DNA of 64,000 bases, taken from NCBI RefSeq assembly GCF_009834535.1, contig NC_045697.1, positions 76,014,001 through 76,078,000 of the forward strand, given 5' to 3'. Under the pieces are notes generated by a model. It was not told the origin of the DNA and searched no databases. It saw nothing but the letters and a program-made list of their open reading frames with translations. Positions within the stretch are counted from its first letter, which is position 1, and each line of letters begins with the position of its first letter. The position numbers were made by a program, and so were the translations under genes. Below are positions 1 to 14,652 of the stretch, piece after piece. The DNA is from Camelus ferus (taxonomy: Eukaryota).

Positions 1-1926
1 GAATAGGACAGGAAGTTGCCTTCAAGGTGTTGCCAACCTTGTGTCTCTTGGATGTGTCTGCAAGAAATGATTGCAAGGAACTCGAGCATCAGGTTGGGTT
101 GCTCTGTGTAGGTGGGTAGAATGAAAATGCTGCTGTAACTTGAAATCTCTTGAAGTTGTGCTCTAATATAAGTTTATTGCTGTGCAGTTGATTGTGACCT
201 GCAACCAAGAGCTTCACCATAAAATGGAAAATATTTCGAGAATTTAAATTTCTCTTTTTTGCCTGTATTTTCTCCTTTCAGTTCTAACCGTATCCACTTT
301 GGGTGTAAACCAGAATGCCCTTTTCTGTCTATGTCTGTGGAATGACTACACCAAAGATTTCCTTCATTTTTTCCTGAGGCTTTTGAGTTAACCAAGGGAA
401 GAAGATCTGAAGTGGAAAGTGTTTAAAGGGATAGCTATTTAGAGTATACAATTGTTGCTGACTCACTAGACCAGAAATACCAGTTTAGGCATTTTAGAGA
501 GCCCAAAATTATAGAAAATGCTCCAGTCATTTGAGGTAGGGAAAAAAAATGGAGCTAAGTTCCCGCAAAAACAGCCTCTTTTAGACCAGTGAGGTTCTAG
601 GGGGCTGAGGGAAGTTTTGCAGAGTGAGGATATGATCGGTGACACATGGGGAGAGATCTGTCTTCCTCTCTGAGGTTTGTTCCTCCTTGCACCTCCTGTG
701 CTTCTGTTGGGATGGGAAAATGGACAAACGTTTTACACACTCAGTCACTTTAACATGGTCATTTGAAATGTGCACTTAGCTCTCCTAGAATGTTGCCTGG
801 AGAGCCTTGATTTAATTGCTGGGTTTTGGCCAGTGTCTACATAATGTGTCGTCTCCAGTGTGCTGGAGATGAAGCAAGGCAGTGAGAATTGCGCAGTGTC
901 TCCTTGTGGGCAGAGACAGGGGCAGCTGGGGGAGTTTATCAGAGGACTTTGGATAGGCGTGGAAAATCAGCATTTAGGCTGAAAATGTTTTTTTGGCCAG
1001 GGGTTTTCTTGGTTGAATTTTAGTGTTTTTATTAGTGCATGTCTCTCTTGGTTCTCTTTGATTTTTGAGGGTGCTTCCGCTCTACGTTTGGCTCTGCTTG
1101 TAGTGTAAAAGAAAGTAATCGTAAGGATAGCATTATGGCTTCTCTGCAACATAACCAGAAATGCCCTGTGACTACCCCATCAAACATGTTTATAACGACT
1201 CTGAAAGTGACTTTCTAGAGAGAAGGCGTGATGCCCCCTCCTTTCCTTGTTCTCCTCACCTCTTTAGGGTTAATGCCTACTCTTTGGGAAGTTGGCTTAT
1301 TCTAGGTGTACGCCTCTGATCCAGCCTTCTGAGATCTGCTGCTGGACAGAATTCTTCACCATGGCAGTTTGTTTTTTCTTTGCCATTGCACATGTGGAGC
1401 CTTATATTATCGGCTGTTTTCTTTTCCTTTATGTTTTCTCAGTGGGATTATAAAGTCCCTAAGCAAAAGGACACTGTCCTCGCTGTTTCTATTTTTGTCT
1501 CTGTTCCCTTCAGCTTTGGCACTGTCTTGTACAACTATCTTGTCCTTGAATATTCCTCCCCAGCCCCTTGAGCAAAAAAGCCTGAGTCATGCCTGCTGGA
1601 GATTAAGTGGGGAAAGTGGATTGGGACCTGGGTAGGAAGGAATCTTAAGAATCCTGTCTGGCCTTTTCAAACGATGACCTAGGTCAGAGGTTAAGAGGAA
1701 CAAGGTGAAAATCACTTGTGTTAATTCCAGAGGGACTGTCAGAGGAGCCAAGACAAAAATGGAAGGTCCCCAAGCCAGTACCTCTGCTTGCCCCCACCTT
1801 GTGGATGATGTACCCCATCTATGGGCATCACCCCTCTCTTTGGCTGTTCCCCAGGGTACCCACCTAAGTGCAGTTCAGTTTTATCACCAGCTGCGCCTGG
1901 AATTTGAAATTTATTTTCTTAGTTTC

Positions 1927-2423
1927 TGTGTCAGACTGCCTCACCAAATCTCCCCACACTATTCTAGGTTTGGTAAATTACTCACAGGACCAGCATATAG
2001 TCATAATCATGGCTGTAATTTATTACAGCAAAAAGATACAGAATGAAAGCAAAGGGAAAATGCGCATGGGGCAAGGTCTAGAGGAAACCAGGTGCCAGCT
2101 TCCCAAGTCCTCTCTCACTGGAGTCACACAGGACACACGTAATTCCTCTAGCAGCACGTGTGAAATGTTGTCAGCCAGGGGCGTTCATTAGAGAACCAGA
2201 GCCCAGGGTTTTTACTGGGATTGGTCACATAGGTACTCTCTGCCTGGCAAGTACCAAAATTCCTGGCTCTCAGAAGGAAGGCAGGTGTGAGCGTAAACCA
2301 CAGTGCACAAACGGTTTAGGTCCAGTGAGCATAGACCCACTTCTAGTGCAAGTTTCCAGACACTCGTTAAGAGCCTTCCTGAAGATAACAGTTTCAGGCC
2401 CACCATGTTGCCTTTTCTGCACA
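1927..2423 (-). mobile_element. MER21-like ERVL solo LTR in HADH intron 1
   Basis: Starts TG, ends CA, flanked by a 5-bp direct repeat GTTTC (1922-1926, 2424-2428). The minus-strand start TGTGCAGAAAAGG...GGCCTGAAACTGTTATCTT resembles the MER21 consensus 5' end as recalled. Confidence 0.75.
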
Positions 2424-3724
2424 GTTTCTAAATTTGCTCCTGCCTTTTCACGTTGAATTTATTGACTTGAAGTTTCAAACCTGTGTCCAGTGACTTGAGG
2501 CCCTGGCACAGTGGGCCTAGGTGTGCTGTGACTTAGGGAGAAACCTGGTCTGGACTGACGGGTGTTGTCCTCTCAGGACATTGTTTTACTTTGACCCGCT
2601 GCTGCCTGCAGCCTGTGTTTCTGCCAGCGGGGCAGGTTTGCTGCTGCCTCTGTCTTCTTATTAAGACAACTCATCCCATTACTCCCATTGCCCTGCTGTG
2701 GTTATCAGACCTTCCGGCCCTGGTCCTGGCAGCGCTTCCTGCTCTTGGTTCCCAGGCAGGCTCTGGGGCGCTGGCGGTGCTGATGCCGCCTACGGACCCC
2801 ACAGGCTCAGACTTGCAGCCCCGCGTGCAGCTTTCTCGGGGAGAAACCAAGGTGCTGTTGTAGCTAACTTCCAGTGAAAGCCTGTCTTATCATTTTTAGA
2901 AGTGTTCCTTGGAAATCTTTCTTTGGGATTTGAACCTCTTCTCCTTTGAGTTTTTGCTCTTCTGTTTCTGTTTCTTTTCCTCTTTGGTTTTCACTTTTGA
3001 GTTTTTAGGTGCCTGGTTTTCAAAATCACATCATGGTGATAGTTTAGTCCTACTTTTCACTGTTGTCTCTGGGCAGGCTCATTTTTACTGACCTGCCCCT
3101 CCTGCCCACCCTTGGTCCACAGAAGTTCCAAGGCCAGTTGTTCTGTGGGGGTTCTGCACTGAGGGACATCTCAGTTGTGCTGGCATCTTGCATCATTTGT
3201 GTTTGTACTAGGTCCTGTGTGTCTTCTTACTTATGACTTGAACTGAGTACAACACCTGTCTGTGGTATGACCTCATGACATATTAAAAAAAAATTATTCA
3301 CCCACTCCACAGTTTTTGCCAAAGCTGTTGGCAAAGTGTGATGAAGTGGGGATTGACTTCTCACTGATTGTGGCTAAACCAGTCTGGCGCCGTGTGAACT
3401 TGGGGCAGCCTCACTGATGTGCCCTCAGGATTCAGTCAGGGCTGGCAAGGGGAAGGGAGGGGAATTGTCCTTCTAAATTGACTGATGGCCAGAGACCTAC
3501 TGTCATGGGAGTCTTGTTGCTGATTAGCCCTTGGGGACATGAGTCTTTTTGCCACGATTATTAAAGTCTTACCTGTTGTTGATGTAAGGACTGTAGAAGA
3601 GGTGCACTGAGGGGTCAAGCTGCACAAGATGTTCCAGCTCTAAGGAAAAAAGATGATTGAGTGGTGGGGGAGGGAAGGGGTAGGTGCTCTGTGAATGGAC
3701 TGTTGAATCCTTGGAATAGAGTTC

Positions 3725-3817
3725 ATGCAACTGAGGAGCTGAATTTTAAATTTTACTTAATTTCAGTTCATTGAAATAGCCACATGTGGCTAGTGGCTTC
3801 TGTGTAGCACAGCACAG
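3725..3817. mobile_element. MER3-like hAT-Charlie DNA transposon fragment
   Basis: Characteristic 'actgaggagctgaattttaaattttacttaa...aaatagccacatgtggctagtggct' sequence. Confidence 0.65.
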
Positions 3818-4113
3818 GGACATGGTTATGGTGTGGCCTTCAGAAGCGTGATTCTGATCCCAGCTCTGTTGACTACCTGTGTGTGACCATGGGCACATTT
3901 CTTAAACTTGTAAGGTTGTTTTGAGAATTTGTTGTTATCCATGTTAGGGGTTTAGAGCAGTAACTGGCAAGAAGTGTGTGTTTAGTTAATGTTGGCTTAT
4001 TTTTATGTTTACTCAGTATTTTGAGTGGAATTGTGTTAGAGTTCAAGTGGAATATGAAACTCTACTTTTTTTTTTTAATTTTCATGTTTTCTTGCTTTTT
4101 TTTTTTGCTCTAG

Positions 4114-4242
4114 GTTGCTGCAGCAACTGGTCACACAGTAATGTTGGTGGACCAAACGGAGGACATCCTGGCAAAATCTAGAAAGGGAATTGAGGAAAGC
4201 CTTAGGAGAGTGGCCAAGAAGAAGTTTGCAGAAAATCCCAAG
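4114..4242 (+). CDS. HADH: HADH exon 2 ([43 protein letters not shown])
   Basis: Polypyrimidine tract + TAG acceptor, AG|GTAATT donor, 129 nt. Translation matches the HADH NAD-binding domain. Exon 1 lies upstream of the window. Confidence 0.97.
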
Positions 4243-4981
4243 GTAATTTCTTGTTATCAGTGTCCTCAAGACCAGTCCTCTGACCACTTCACATTTGTTG
4301 AGGGAATTCTGACCTTTGCTTGCTTTTTCAGCTTGTTTGTGTAAAACTCATTTCCCCATAACTTAGGCCAGTAGAATAACATAACCACTAAATACTCCTT
4401 GGAGACTGATGGCAGAACAGGAGACGTAACTGACCATATTGTTGGGTAGGTTTTGAAGAGAAAGTTTGTGCAGGTAGTGAACTTTCTGTCTGCTGAGAAT
4501 TTGGAATTGAAGAACACCTATTTTGGTATAGGAAGAGATGGAAGAGAAAGAAACACGAAGATAATTTTTATACTTGCAAGTTAAAAAGAAAATGATAATA
4601 GTAAATTTTGTATTTAGAGAGAAGATTTTGATTTCTTAGATAATGTCTTATGCTTATGAATGATGTACTTCCTAAGGGAAATAGGGAGAGTCATTCTCAC
4701 TTTCCAGCAGCAGGTGAAGAACAAGAATGTGAGGAACTCTTGGGAGGCTGGGAACTCTAGTTTGCTCTCTTTTTCATTGGACCTTTGCAATTAGAAATAC
4801 TGCAGAAGTCACCCAAGTGAATTTTTGTTTACCTTTGTCACCTTATTAAAGTTGCTTAAGGTTAATTTCCTTGGAGTTTAGCTGGAATTTCTCTCCATAC
4901 AGGTAGAGAAGAGTGCAGATAGTTTTTGTTGTGTTTTTCACCTCAGGTATCCGCAGTGGTGTGTCTCGTTGCCTCCTAGAA

Positions 4982-5712
4982 TTTTTTTTTATTGTGGTAA
5001 AGTACATATAACAAAATTTGCCATTTTAAGCTTTTTTAGTGTACAGTTTGTTAGCATTTACCTTCACAATATTGTTTGACTACCACTATCACCTATTTGC
5101 AGAACTTTTTCATCGTCCCAAATAGATCTATACCCACTAAGTAATAACTCCCATCCTCCCCCAGCCCCTGGTGATTTCTATTCTACCTTCTGTCTCTCTG
5201 AATTGCCTATTCAGGATACCTCACATAAGTGGAATCATACAATATTTGTCCTTTTTTAGCTGACTTATTTAATTTGATATAATATCTTCAAGGTTCATCC
5301 ATGTACTTGTAGCATGTGTCAGACTTCATTTCTTTTTATGGCAATATTCCATTGTATGTACCACATTTTGTTTATCCATTCTTCTGTAGGAGAACACTTG
5401 GGTTGTTTTTACCTTTTAGCTTTTTTGAATAATTCTTCAATGAGCATTGGGGTACTGTCTGTTCAAGTCCCTCTTTTCATTTCTAGAAGTGGAATCACTG
5501 GGTCATATGGCAATCCTATGTTTAGTTTTTTGAGGGACCGCTGAACTGTTTTCCATAATGGCTGCACCATTTTACATTCCTACAAGCAGTGAATGAAGGT
5601 TCCAGTTTCTCCACCACCTGGCCAACACTTGTTATTATATTTTTTTCATAATAGCCATCATAGGAGATATGAAGTGGTATCTCACTGTCATTTTGGGACT
5701 TGCATTTTCTTA
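4982..5712 (-). mobile_element. Old L1 (L1M-type) 3' fragment
   Basis: T-rich start then typical antisense L1 3'UTR/ORF2-end text ('aaggttcatccatgt', 'ggtcatatggcaatcctatgtttagttttttgagg', 'ccattttacattcc'). Confidence 0.8.
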
Positions 5713-6011
5713 ACGTATAGTCACCTTTTAAAATATCAGAAGGGCAGGGGAGGAGGTAATGTTACTCTCTCCCTGAAGAAGTTGAAGCAGTATGACAGCA
5801 GATTAAGACCTTCTCCTGTCCTCCATGTCTTTAATGATAGAGGGACCGGATACAGGGCTGCTGTGATGAGGGGTGAGGGAGGTGGGAGTCAGGGACAGGG
5901 CGAGCCTGAACCCAGGTAATCTGCACTTTCACTTGTTTACTTTGCAGACTTCTGCAGGTTGTCCCCCTTGGGCCGAGGCTTTTGGTCCCTGAGGGTAAAA
6001 AGATGGCATCT

Positions 6012-6320
6012 GTGTGACCAGTGCAGTAGCCACTAGCTCCAGGTGGCTATTGTGCACTTGACATTTGGCTAGTCCAAATCAAGATGTACTGTGTAAGTGT
6101 GAGACAGACACCGGATTTCAAAGACTGAATAGAAAAACAACACAAAGTATCTTGATATTTAAAGATATTGATTATGTGTTGAAATGATAATATCTCAGAT
6201 ATATTGGGGTTAAATGAAATTAATTTTACCTGATTTTTTTTTTTTTTACTTGTTAAAATGCAGCCAGAAGGAAATTTAAAATTACCTCCTAGTCTTGCAT
6301 TATGTTTCTGTTGAGCAGCT
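6012..6320. mobile_element. MER33-like hAT-Charlie DNA transposon
   Basis: 'gtagccactagctccaggtggctattgtgcacttga...aaatgataatat...aaatttaaaattac' pattern. Ends approximate. Confidence 0.65.
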
Positions 6321-7136
6321 CTTACAATTGTTAATTCCTTGATAATTTTGGATACCTTTGCTGAGTGTGACCATTTGAATCCCCATGGGCAAGTTACATC
6401 TTGTAATAAAATGGCAGCTGATGGGGCACTGCCTGTTTCTGCCCTAGCTGAAGTCTATTTGTGGAAACCTGGAGGCACAAATGAGGAAAAGATAGGACCG
6501 CAAGCTCTTTGAGAGCAGAGGCTGTGGCTGGTATGTTTTTGAACGACCAGTTGCCGATACATGTTGGGCGATTATTATTTGATGGGTGACTGCCAAGTTC
6601 AACTTTCTTACCCTCCTCGATGCCCTTACTCAGCTCTTCCCTGCCTCCTGTTAGAGGGGGATAGTCAGCACCGCCTCTCAGACTCATGGTTGGGGCTGAG
6701 CTAAGCTTTTACCCTTTCTGAAAGGTCAAATTCCAGGCTTCATGGAAGCCTGTCATGAAGAGTACACGGCAGTCTGTTCACTAGGGACAGGCAGAGCAGG
6801 CCGACACAGGTGTTGTGAACAAGCAACTTAGTAACTGGAGCAGAGCCAGCCAAGAGCTTGGAAGGTTATGACTGACACAGGACAGTGTGTTGACTACCAG
6901 CTGGGATTGCTCACGGGCTGATTCTTGCCCTGGTGTCCCAAAGTACGTTGAGATGTCCACTCTAAGCAGAAACGTAGGGAGTTGTATTTCTCAGATTTTT
7001 AGGGCACTGTCAAGTTGTGTCTGAGGTGTGTTGGCCAGGTCTCACCCTCCTCTTTCCTCTCACTTTAGCAGCAAATCACACACCATTCTCCAGTGAGCCC
7101 AGTGACTGTTCCCTTCTCCTTCCTTCACTGCATTAG

Positions 7137-7325
<189 letters not shown>

Positions 7326-8861
7326 TGAGGGCTTCCTCCCTGGCGCCCGGTACTAAGACTTCTCTTTTTGTTACCCACAGCTGTTTCCAGAAGAACCAAC
7401 ACTGTTTTCTTTGTTCTCTATCTTCTATTCCAATTTGCTCCCCAAAGCTTGGGCTGCCCTGATCTGGTCCTTGTCCCCAAACAAGGGTAGAATTTCCCAT
7501 GTAAAACAGAGGGTCCATGCAGGGCCAGACCTTGATCTCTTGCAGCATCTGGGTCATGGACCCTCCCGGGCCAGAGGATGAAGGCACTTGGCCATGTCCT
7601 TAAATGTTGCTGAGCAACCTCAGGGCAATTTGATGTGCCCCCTCTTTTGAGTGGAACCAACAGAATGGTGTAGTTGAAGGGAATGCCTCTATCTACACAG
7701 TTTCCCAGGGCTCTCTGGCTTTGAGCCTTCAGTGGGTTAAATCAAAACACTCTTGGGAGCGTTTAAGGACCACTGAGTTCTTAACTCGGCTTCTTGGCAG
7801 AGGGTGGGAAAGGAGAGCCAGCACCACGTAGGTCAGACACAGGGGCGCCCGGGTTCAGGACCATCTGTGCAGTATTACTAGGCTATGCTCACATGCTACT
7901 GTGGATTTATGTGTGGCTCCTGCGATTGAGACACCTGACTGAGTCACTTATGCTCTCCTTGTGGCTTGCTTAGCCACACTTTACCCTTCTTGGTTGGAAC
8001 TGGAAGTCAGAATATGTTTTATGACAATGGTAATTCTTAGGCAGCCACCAGTGAGCAGTGGCTAAGGAGAGACGCTTGCATACTGGCCTATTAGATTTCA
8101 GCCCTCAGAGCTATATGGCCTTGTGGCCAGAGAGGCCCTGCCCTGTCCTTCTGTCACCTGTATGTTACTTTGCTGATCAGCACACTCATATGCTTTACAC
8201 TGGCATTTAAGGGCTGTGGCACCATCTGACAGAAACAGAAGACTCTCCAGGTAGGGGTGTTGGCTTCCAAGTTAGCAGGAAGCCCTCTAGGATGGAAAAG
8301 CACCCACCCCAGGAAAGGGAGTATTATCAAGCAGTTTGGCCTTTATTGAAATGTTGATCATTCTCCCTCGTGACAGTGACAGGTCTGACTGCTTTCTTAT
8401 GTCAGTGTCGAGTAATGGGAGGACTGTTGGGGGAAAATCAGGCGGCCTGGTGCTGGGCCCTCACCACTTCCCCCTCTGACCCTCTACAGTCATGAACCCT
8501 CTCTGGCCTTCAGTTTTATCATCTGTAATTTGAGTTGAGGGGTTAGGGGGAAATAATTGCCAAGACCTTCCTGGTTCCAACTCTACAACTAGTTTCCCTA
8601 CCTGCGAATTAGGGATAGCGGCACCTAATGCACAGGGTTGTCAGGAAGCTGCTGTAATTCAGCTCACAGTTCCTGAGAGCCTGCTGTATGGCAGACACTA
8701 TGCTAGGCTCTTTCACCTAAGTTCGTGTCATAAGACAGGTGTGATGTGTGAAAGGGCGCACCGTAGGTGTGACTTTACTTCTGGTCACAGCCACCTGTCT
8801 CCACACTCTTACTTTCATTTTAGATTACCACCATTATTTGATGTTTGCTAAATTGTGTAGG

Positions 8862-8981
8862 TTTTTTTTTTTTTGAGGGGGGTTAGATTTATTTATTTTT
8901 TAATGGAGGTACTGGGGATTGAACCTATGACCTCGTGCATGGTAAGCACACCACACTCTACCATTAAGCTATACCCTCCCC
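8862..8981 (-). mobile_element. tRNA-Ala-derived SINE (camelid vic-1-like)
   Basis: Reverse complement gives GGGGAGGGTATAGCTTAATGGTAGAGTG...GGTTCAATCCCCAGTACCTCCA followed by an A-rich tail. Same family as the copies at 54321 and 61992. Confidence 0.85.
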
Positions 8982-9663
8982 AGTTGTGTGTGTGTGTTTT
9001 TTAAACAGTTTGACTGAGATACTTTACTGCCAAGTTTTGCAGTTAGATCCTATACTGGGAGATGAAAATATGGTCTAGTGATTTAAGTTCCAGTTGGAAA
9101 CCCTGATGAAATGATTGCATCCTGTAAGAACGTGACTTCCCTAAGCTGCAGCGTTAGAAGTGCAGATGAAAAGCTTTGCCAAGGCCTCCAGCCTGCCCCA
9201 GCTGAGTCCTGGTTCTCCCCTTTTGACAAAGCATGGACTCCCTCCCACTGCAGTCCCCACCACCCGCTCTAGTGTTCACTGGGGGCCTGGGGGCATTGAA
9301 ATGGACCATCATGCTTGTGCTGCCGATTTTCTGTTGGTACATTTGAGAGGAAAGTAATTTTTTTTGGTACCTGAATGTCAGAAAAGAAAAACAAAAGATG
9401 GTCCTAGAGAGTCAAGTGTTTCAAGGAAAATGTGAGAGTGTGCTTTTTGATGGAAGGTAAAGACAGCCGTGTGTGTTTAATACGTATATACGTTGTGTTT
9501 GTGTTGAAGGAAGGCAGCGTGAGATGCTGTTAGGGTCAGAGCCAGCCTGACCGACTGGGAGAGGTAGAGGCAGAGCTCTGCTGGGAAGAGACATCTTTCT
9601 CCTTCTGGTAAATGTGTGCTGGGAGTGTTCTGGGTTGCAGACACTCAGCACTGGGCCCTGATG

Positions 9664-9932
9664 TAGTCTTCCATTTGTATCTGCAGGGGTTGGTTCCAAA
9701 CCTGAGGACGTGCAATCCTCTAATACAGAGTGGGGTAGTATTTGCATATAACCTACACAGATCCTTCTGTATACTTTAAGCCATCTCTAGAGTACTCATG
9801 ATACCTACTGCAACGTAAATACTATAAATCGCACAGAGATTTCAAGTTTTGCTTTTTAGTACTTTTTGGATTTTTTTCCCCAAATATGTTTGATCCTGGT
9901 TGGCAGAACCCACGGATCCTGAGGGCCAACTG
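9664..9932. mobile_element. MER2-like TcMar-Tigger DNA transposon
   Basis: 'gtagtatttgcatataacctacaca...tatactttaagccatctctaga' core and terminal 'gagggccaactg' followed by TA. Confidence 0.75.
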
Positions 9933-11397
9933 TAACTTCACTGATGAAACGTGTTCTCCAGTCAGTGTCCCTTTGTTTGTCCTTTTTGCAGATGAGTTGC
10001 CCTTCAGGTGCCCTATAAGAAGGCACCACACTACGAGTATAACCCTCATCTCTGAAGTACCCCCTTTTTAAGCAGGGTGTGGAGCCCCTGCCGGCCCAGC
10101 CTTGCGTCACCGTGGCCCTGCGGCTATGGTTGAGGGCGGGTGGCTAGGAAACACTTGCGTCGGCCCACTCCTGGTTACCGCAAGGGTCTCCTTGCCTTCT
10201 GTGATGCAGGCTGGCTTACAGTATTTCGTCTAGACCAGAAAGCAAGAAACTTTGAAAACTAGAATTCTAAACCTTAAAAAAGGTCTTTTTTTTTTTTTTT
10301 TTTTTTTTAAAGGAGAAGACCCTCTACCTGGCCTTTAAATTGACCAACTTGGAAGCTGTTTGAGAAAAGTTGGTGTTCTTGTGCCGTGAAAGTGAAGTGC
10401 TCTCCTGGGCCGAGCACACGAGGGGTCTCCCCTCAGCCTCTGTGCACCCGCCACCCAGCCACAGGGCTCCTTTCACCTCATTCTTCTCCTCTTTCCCAGT
10501 GACTAGTTTCTTCTCCCTTCCCTCTTGCCTCTCCTGCGATTCCAGGCAGATTGTAGTATTGCCTTTTGGGTAAGCAGGAACCTCCAGTCTGGTTATAAGG
10601 GACCAGTCCCCTTCCTGCGCTGTGACCGGGCCCTCGTGGTTGTAATTGGCGCTGTGCCAGTCTGTGTATATTCATCCTTGAGGGAAGCAGAGAAGTCTCT
10701 GATTAAAGATTTGCCTGCCATGCCTTTGGCACCCCACTTTGCTAATGTCTTAAAAAGCAAATTTGGTTAAAGTCAGTATGGATTTTTAAATTAATCATTT
10801 ACTATTTTATATACACAGGAGAAGATGCTTTTTAAGGAGAGTTTATAAGCAGAATACCTTGAACTACAGTTATCATTATATACACGTATCCTTTCTTCCC
10901 CACATCTGCCAGTGTAACCTTTTGGACTTCTTTTGGACTATGTTGATTTTCTTCAATTTTCATTTTTATTCCCATTCAATGGCAAAGTAAAGCTTTTCAC
11001 TTGAGGGGAAAAGATTGTAGTTCATGTTTCTATCATATGTTTCTCATTGAGGATCCAGGTGTTTCTTCAGTTTTTTGTTTATTTTGAGTGTCTGTGATGC
11101 ATCCTGTTTTTCCTTAGTCTTTGTTCACTTAGAATTTCATCTTGTGACTGATGTTTTACCTTGTTTTTATCTTGCATACCATGAGAGTTAAATAATACAA
11201 GTAGCTAACAGAAATCCTGCTCCCTAAAATTAAAGAAGGATTGGTAAAGACTAAATAGGCTTTTGGAACATTTCAAATTACTTAATTTCAAATTTCAAAA
11301 TTTAAATGAAACAGGTCACTTGATTTCAGCCTCTTGTGTGAAGTCGTGTCTTTTCCCTGACTTCCTCTAGGGTCAGGATGGCGGATCTGGGCAGTAA

Positions 11398-11859
<462 letters not shown>

Positions 11860-14104
11860 TGACTAGGAGGGCTGCTAACTTGTGGAATGTCACTTGTTTG
11901 CGCCGTAGCTGATGGGCAGTGCAGAGAGAGGCGTCAGATTGGGAAGGCAGCACTAGAGACCACTGGCTTGATGAGACCACAAAGGGAGAGCCACCTGTGT
12001 TCATATTGTCTCATTGAGGTCGGTTTGTTAAGGCTGGATGTGGAATTTTATCAGCCTAGTTTCCCACAGGAATCACTGTGATACCCTGTCCACTGTTACT
12101 GTGGTGAATTCAGCCCCAGGTAACAGAGGAGGCACATCTCCCATGTGTTGTGATCAGAGCTTTTAAAGCTCTCCTGGTAGCCTTGAACCTTGTGACCACA
12201 AACCCAGGAGGTGGTGGGAAGTGGCCAGGGAGGGCCACCAGTGATCTTGCTTGGGCCTCTTCTGCTTGCTTGCTCATAGAGTTGGGTACGAGGGAGATGG
12301 AGTCACTATAGACAGTTTGCACCTGAAATGTGGCAACTTGCCTTTTAAAGGGGGGCTAATTACAGGGTCTGAGGAGCAGCCGCTATTAAAGTGGCATTTG
12401 TTCTCAGATTGAGGAGTTATTGCCGTGCAAAGTGTGGGGGATGTGGAGCCAGCACACCTCCAGACTGGCTGGGGCTCCCTGGGAGAGTGTGGGGGATCTT
12501 TTTCCCCTCCAGGCCTCTTTCCCCCATCCCCTCATTTCCTCCACCTCCCACAGGAAATAGAAGAAACAGTACTTATCCTTATGCAGGAAAGAGCAAGGAA
12601 GTGGAATGGAATTTCCAACATTTCAGGACTGAGGGACTAATTACCTTTTTGGTTACTATATCATGTACATATGGGTTTTGAAAATAAAGACACATTTTAT
12701 AGGTTAACTTCAAACTTCAATACAGTTTTCAACTGCATTTATCTGATAATGTCCATCTATGTCTTTGGAAGTGTGGCACATTGATTGTTAACAGTTAATG
12801 CTTGGCAAATGTTACCATTTCTAGAAAATGTTTTCTAAAAGTGCTCTTCTTTATACAATTTTTATTCTTTAACTTGAGCATTTGTGTCTGTGTCACTGGT
12901 GGTAAGCACCAAAGTAATCATGATTTGATGGGCTCCACTTGGGATTGTTCTCATTTATATACACGTATATGTGTATTTTTTCAGGCTCTGTATTAGAACA
13001 GAATATCTGTAGTACTTGGTATTTGTTGAATGACTGAATAAATATTCTTCCCTCCTATTAAAAAACCTTTACTGCTGACTCCTTTAAGCCAACAGATGAT
13101 TTTTAAAACTCTGTAATTAGCAGCCTGTTCCCTAGCTCAGTCTATATGGTTCTGAAGGAGACTTTTACACCACCTTAGGAATAATTCTCAGGTTGCAGTT
13201 TGATTTGTGACCCCTGCAGAGCAGTTTCTGGCCCAGCTCATCTGATGCCTTGTCCCCATCCTCCTGGTTCTTTTTTCTGTTTCCACTCACTTACTTCCCT
13301 TAGTGCCATAACATTCCACCACTTCCCAAGCTGTGACGACATTAAAACACGAATGATAATGATTCTCTCCATTTACGTAGCACCTTTCATCCTGCACAGA
13401 CACTAGCTCATTAGGCCCCGCAGCCCTCTTACAAGAGGGAGGACTTGTCAACTATCATCACCTCTGTCTCACAGAAGAGAGGTGAGGCACTGAGAGCTGA
13501 TTTGACCTGCCTAAGCTCATGTAAAGGGTCTCATGTAGAAGCCAAGCCTGTTTGCTTTAACTCTTGTTGAAGTCCCTTAACTAGCATTTAAATTATAAAT
13601 CTAGATATTTTAAGTTTAAAGTCACTTGGGTTTCTCTCCACTTGCAGAAGTCTCACTCCTGACAAGGTGAATTCTCTCCTGAGGGCTGGCTGCCAGGTAT
13701 GCGGCTTGGTGCCAGTTCCTGTGGATCCCAGTGGCCCACTGTGAGCGGGGCAGCACTCGCACTCCTGTGCTGCCCCTCACACAAAAGTCAGGAGGGTGGC
13801 CCGGAGCCTGCCCCAGTGCCTGGCAGGCGGCACGCCCCGGCTGGGGGCCCCTGTTAGCTGGAAGTGAAAGCCTTCCTCTGAGATGAGCCTGTCCTGAGGC
13901 AAAGGGAGCCGCTGGGCTTTGGGGCACCTGTGTGGGAGAGGGTGGAGTACTGGGGGGAGCACTCGGCTCAGAGTCCACGGGACCCTGCGACTTGGCATAT
14001 CGCTCAATGTGCCTGGGGGCTCTTCTCATCTATAGACTGAGAGAAGGTGGGACTCCATGCAGAGTACTTTAAGGGCGGTCATTATACTCTGCACGAATAA
14101 AAGT

Positions 14105-14300
14105 CAGCATTTACTGGGCACTTCAGTCCTCCTAGGAGCTGCCCTTAATGCTTTACCTTCTTAATCTGATCCTATTCTCACCTCAGGCCCTTGAGGTAGG
14201 TACAGTGATTTCAATGCCATTTCAGTTTTAAGAAATATCCCCAGGGTCACAGAGTTGATCAGTGCTGTGCCAGGATTTGAACCCAGGTCTGTCTCGGTGA
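14105..14300 (-). mobile_element. MIR SINE relic
   Basis: 'cccagggtcacagagttgatcagtgctgtgccaggatttgaacccaggtctgtct' antisense MIR core. Ends approximate. Confidence 0.6.
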
Positions 14301-14562
14301 CAAAGCCTGTAAAGCTCTCCTGCACACGCACATACATGTTTATATTTTAAGCCTTGATTTTGTATATTCTGCTGTAGTCTGCTATCTTAGAGTAGCAGAC
14401 TTAGATGTAGTGCTTAGAGTAGACATCTTCGTTTCTGGCTTGAGATCCTTCTATTTTAAAACTAAAATTATCTTTGCTTTTGGTCAGTGTTTCCTTGAAC
14501 TGTTTTATTGATATTGTTTGCTGACTCTCTGGTTATACGTCTTTTCTGCTTTGCATTTCCAG

Positions 14563-14652
14563 GTCATTAAAACACCAATGACCAGCCAGAAGACATTTGA
14601 ATCTCTGGTGGACTTCAGCAAAGCCCTGGGAAAGCATCCTGTTTCTTGCAAG
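14563..14652 (+). CDS. HADH: HADH exon 5 ([30 protein letters not shown])
   Basis: CAG acceptor, AAG|GTAGAG donor, 90 nt, phase 0-0. Confidence 0.97.

Noticed and set aside
1..4113. Possible FOXA2 enhancer in HADH intron 1 (recalled from mouse)
   Set aside because: No single site can be picked out from sequence alone, and most of the intron may lie upstream of the window.
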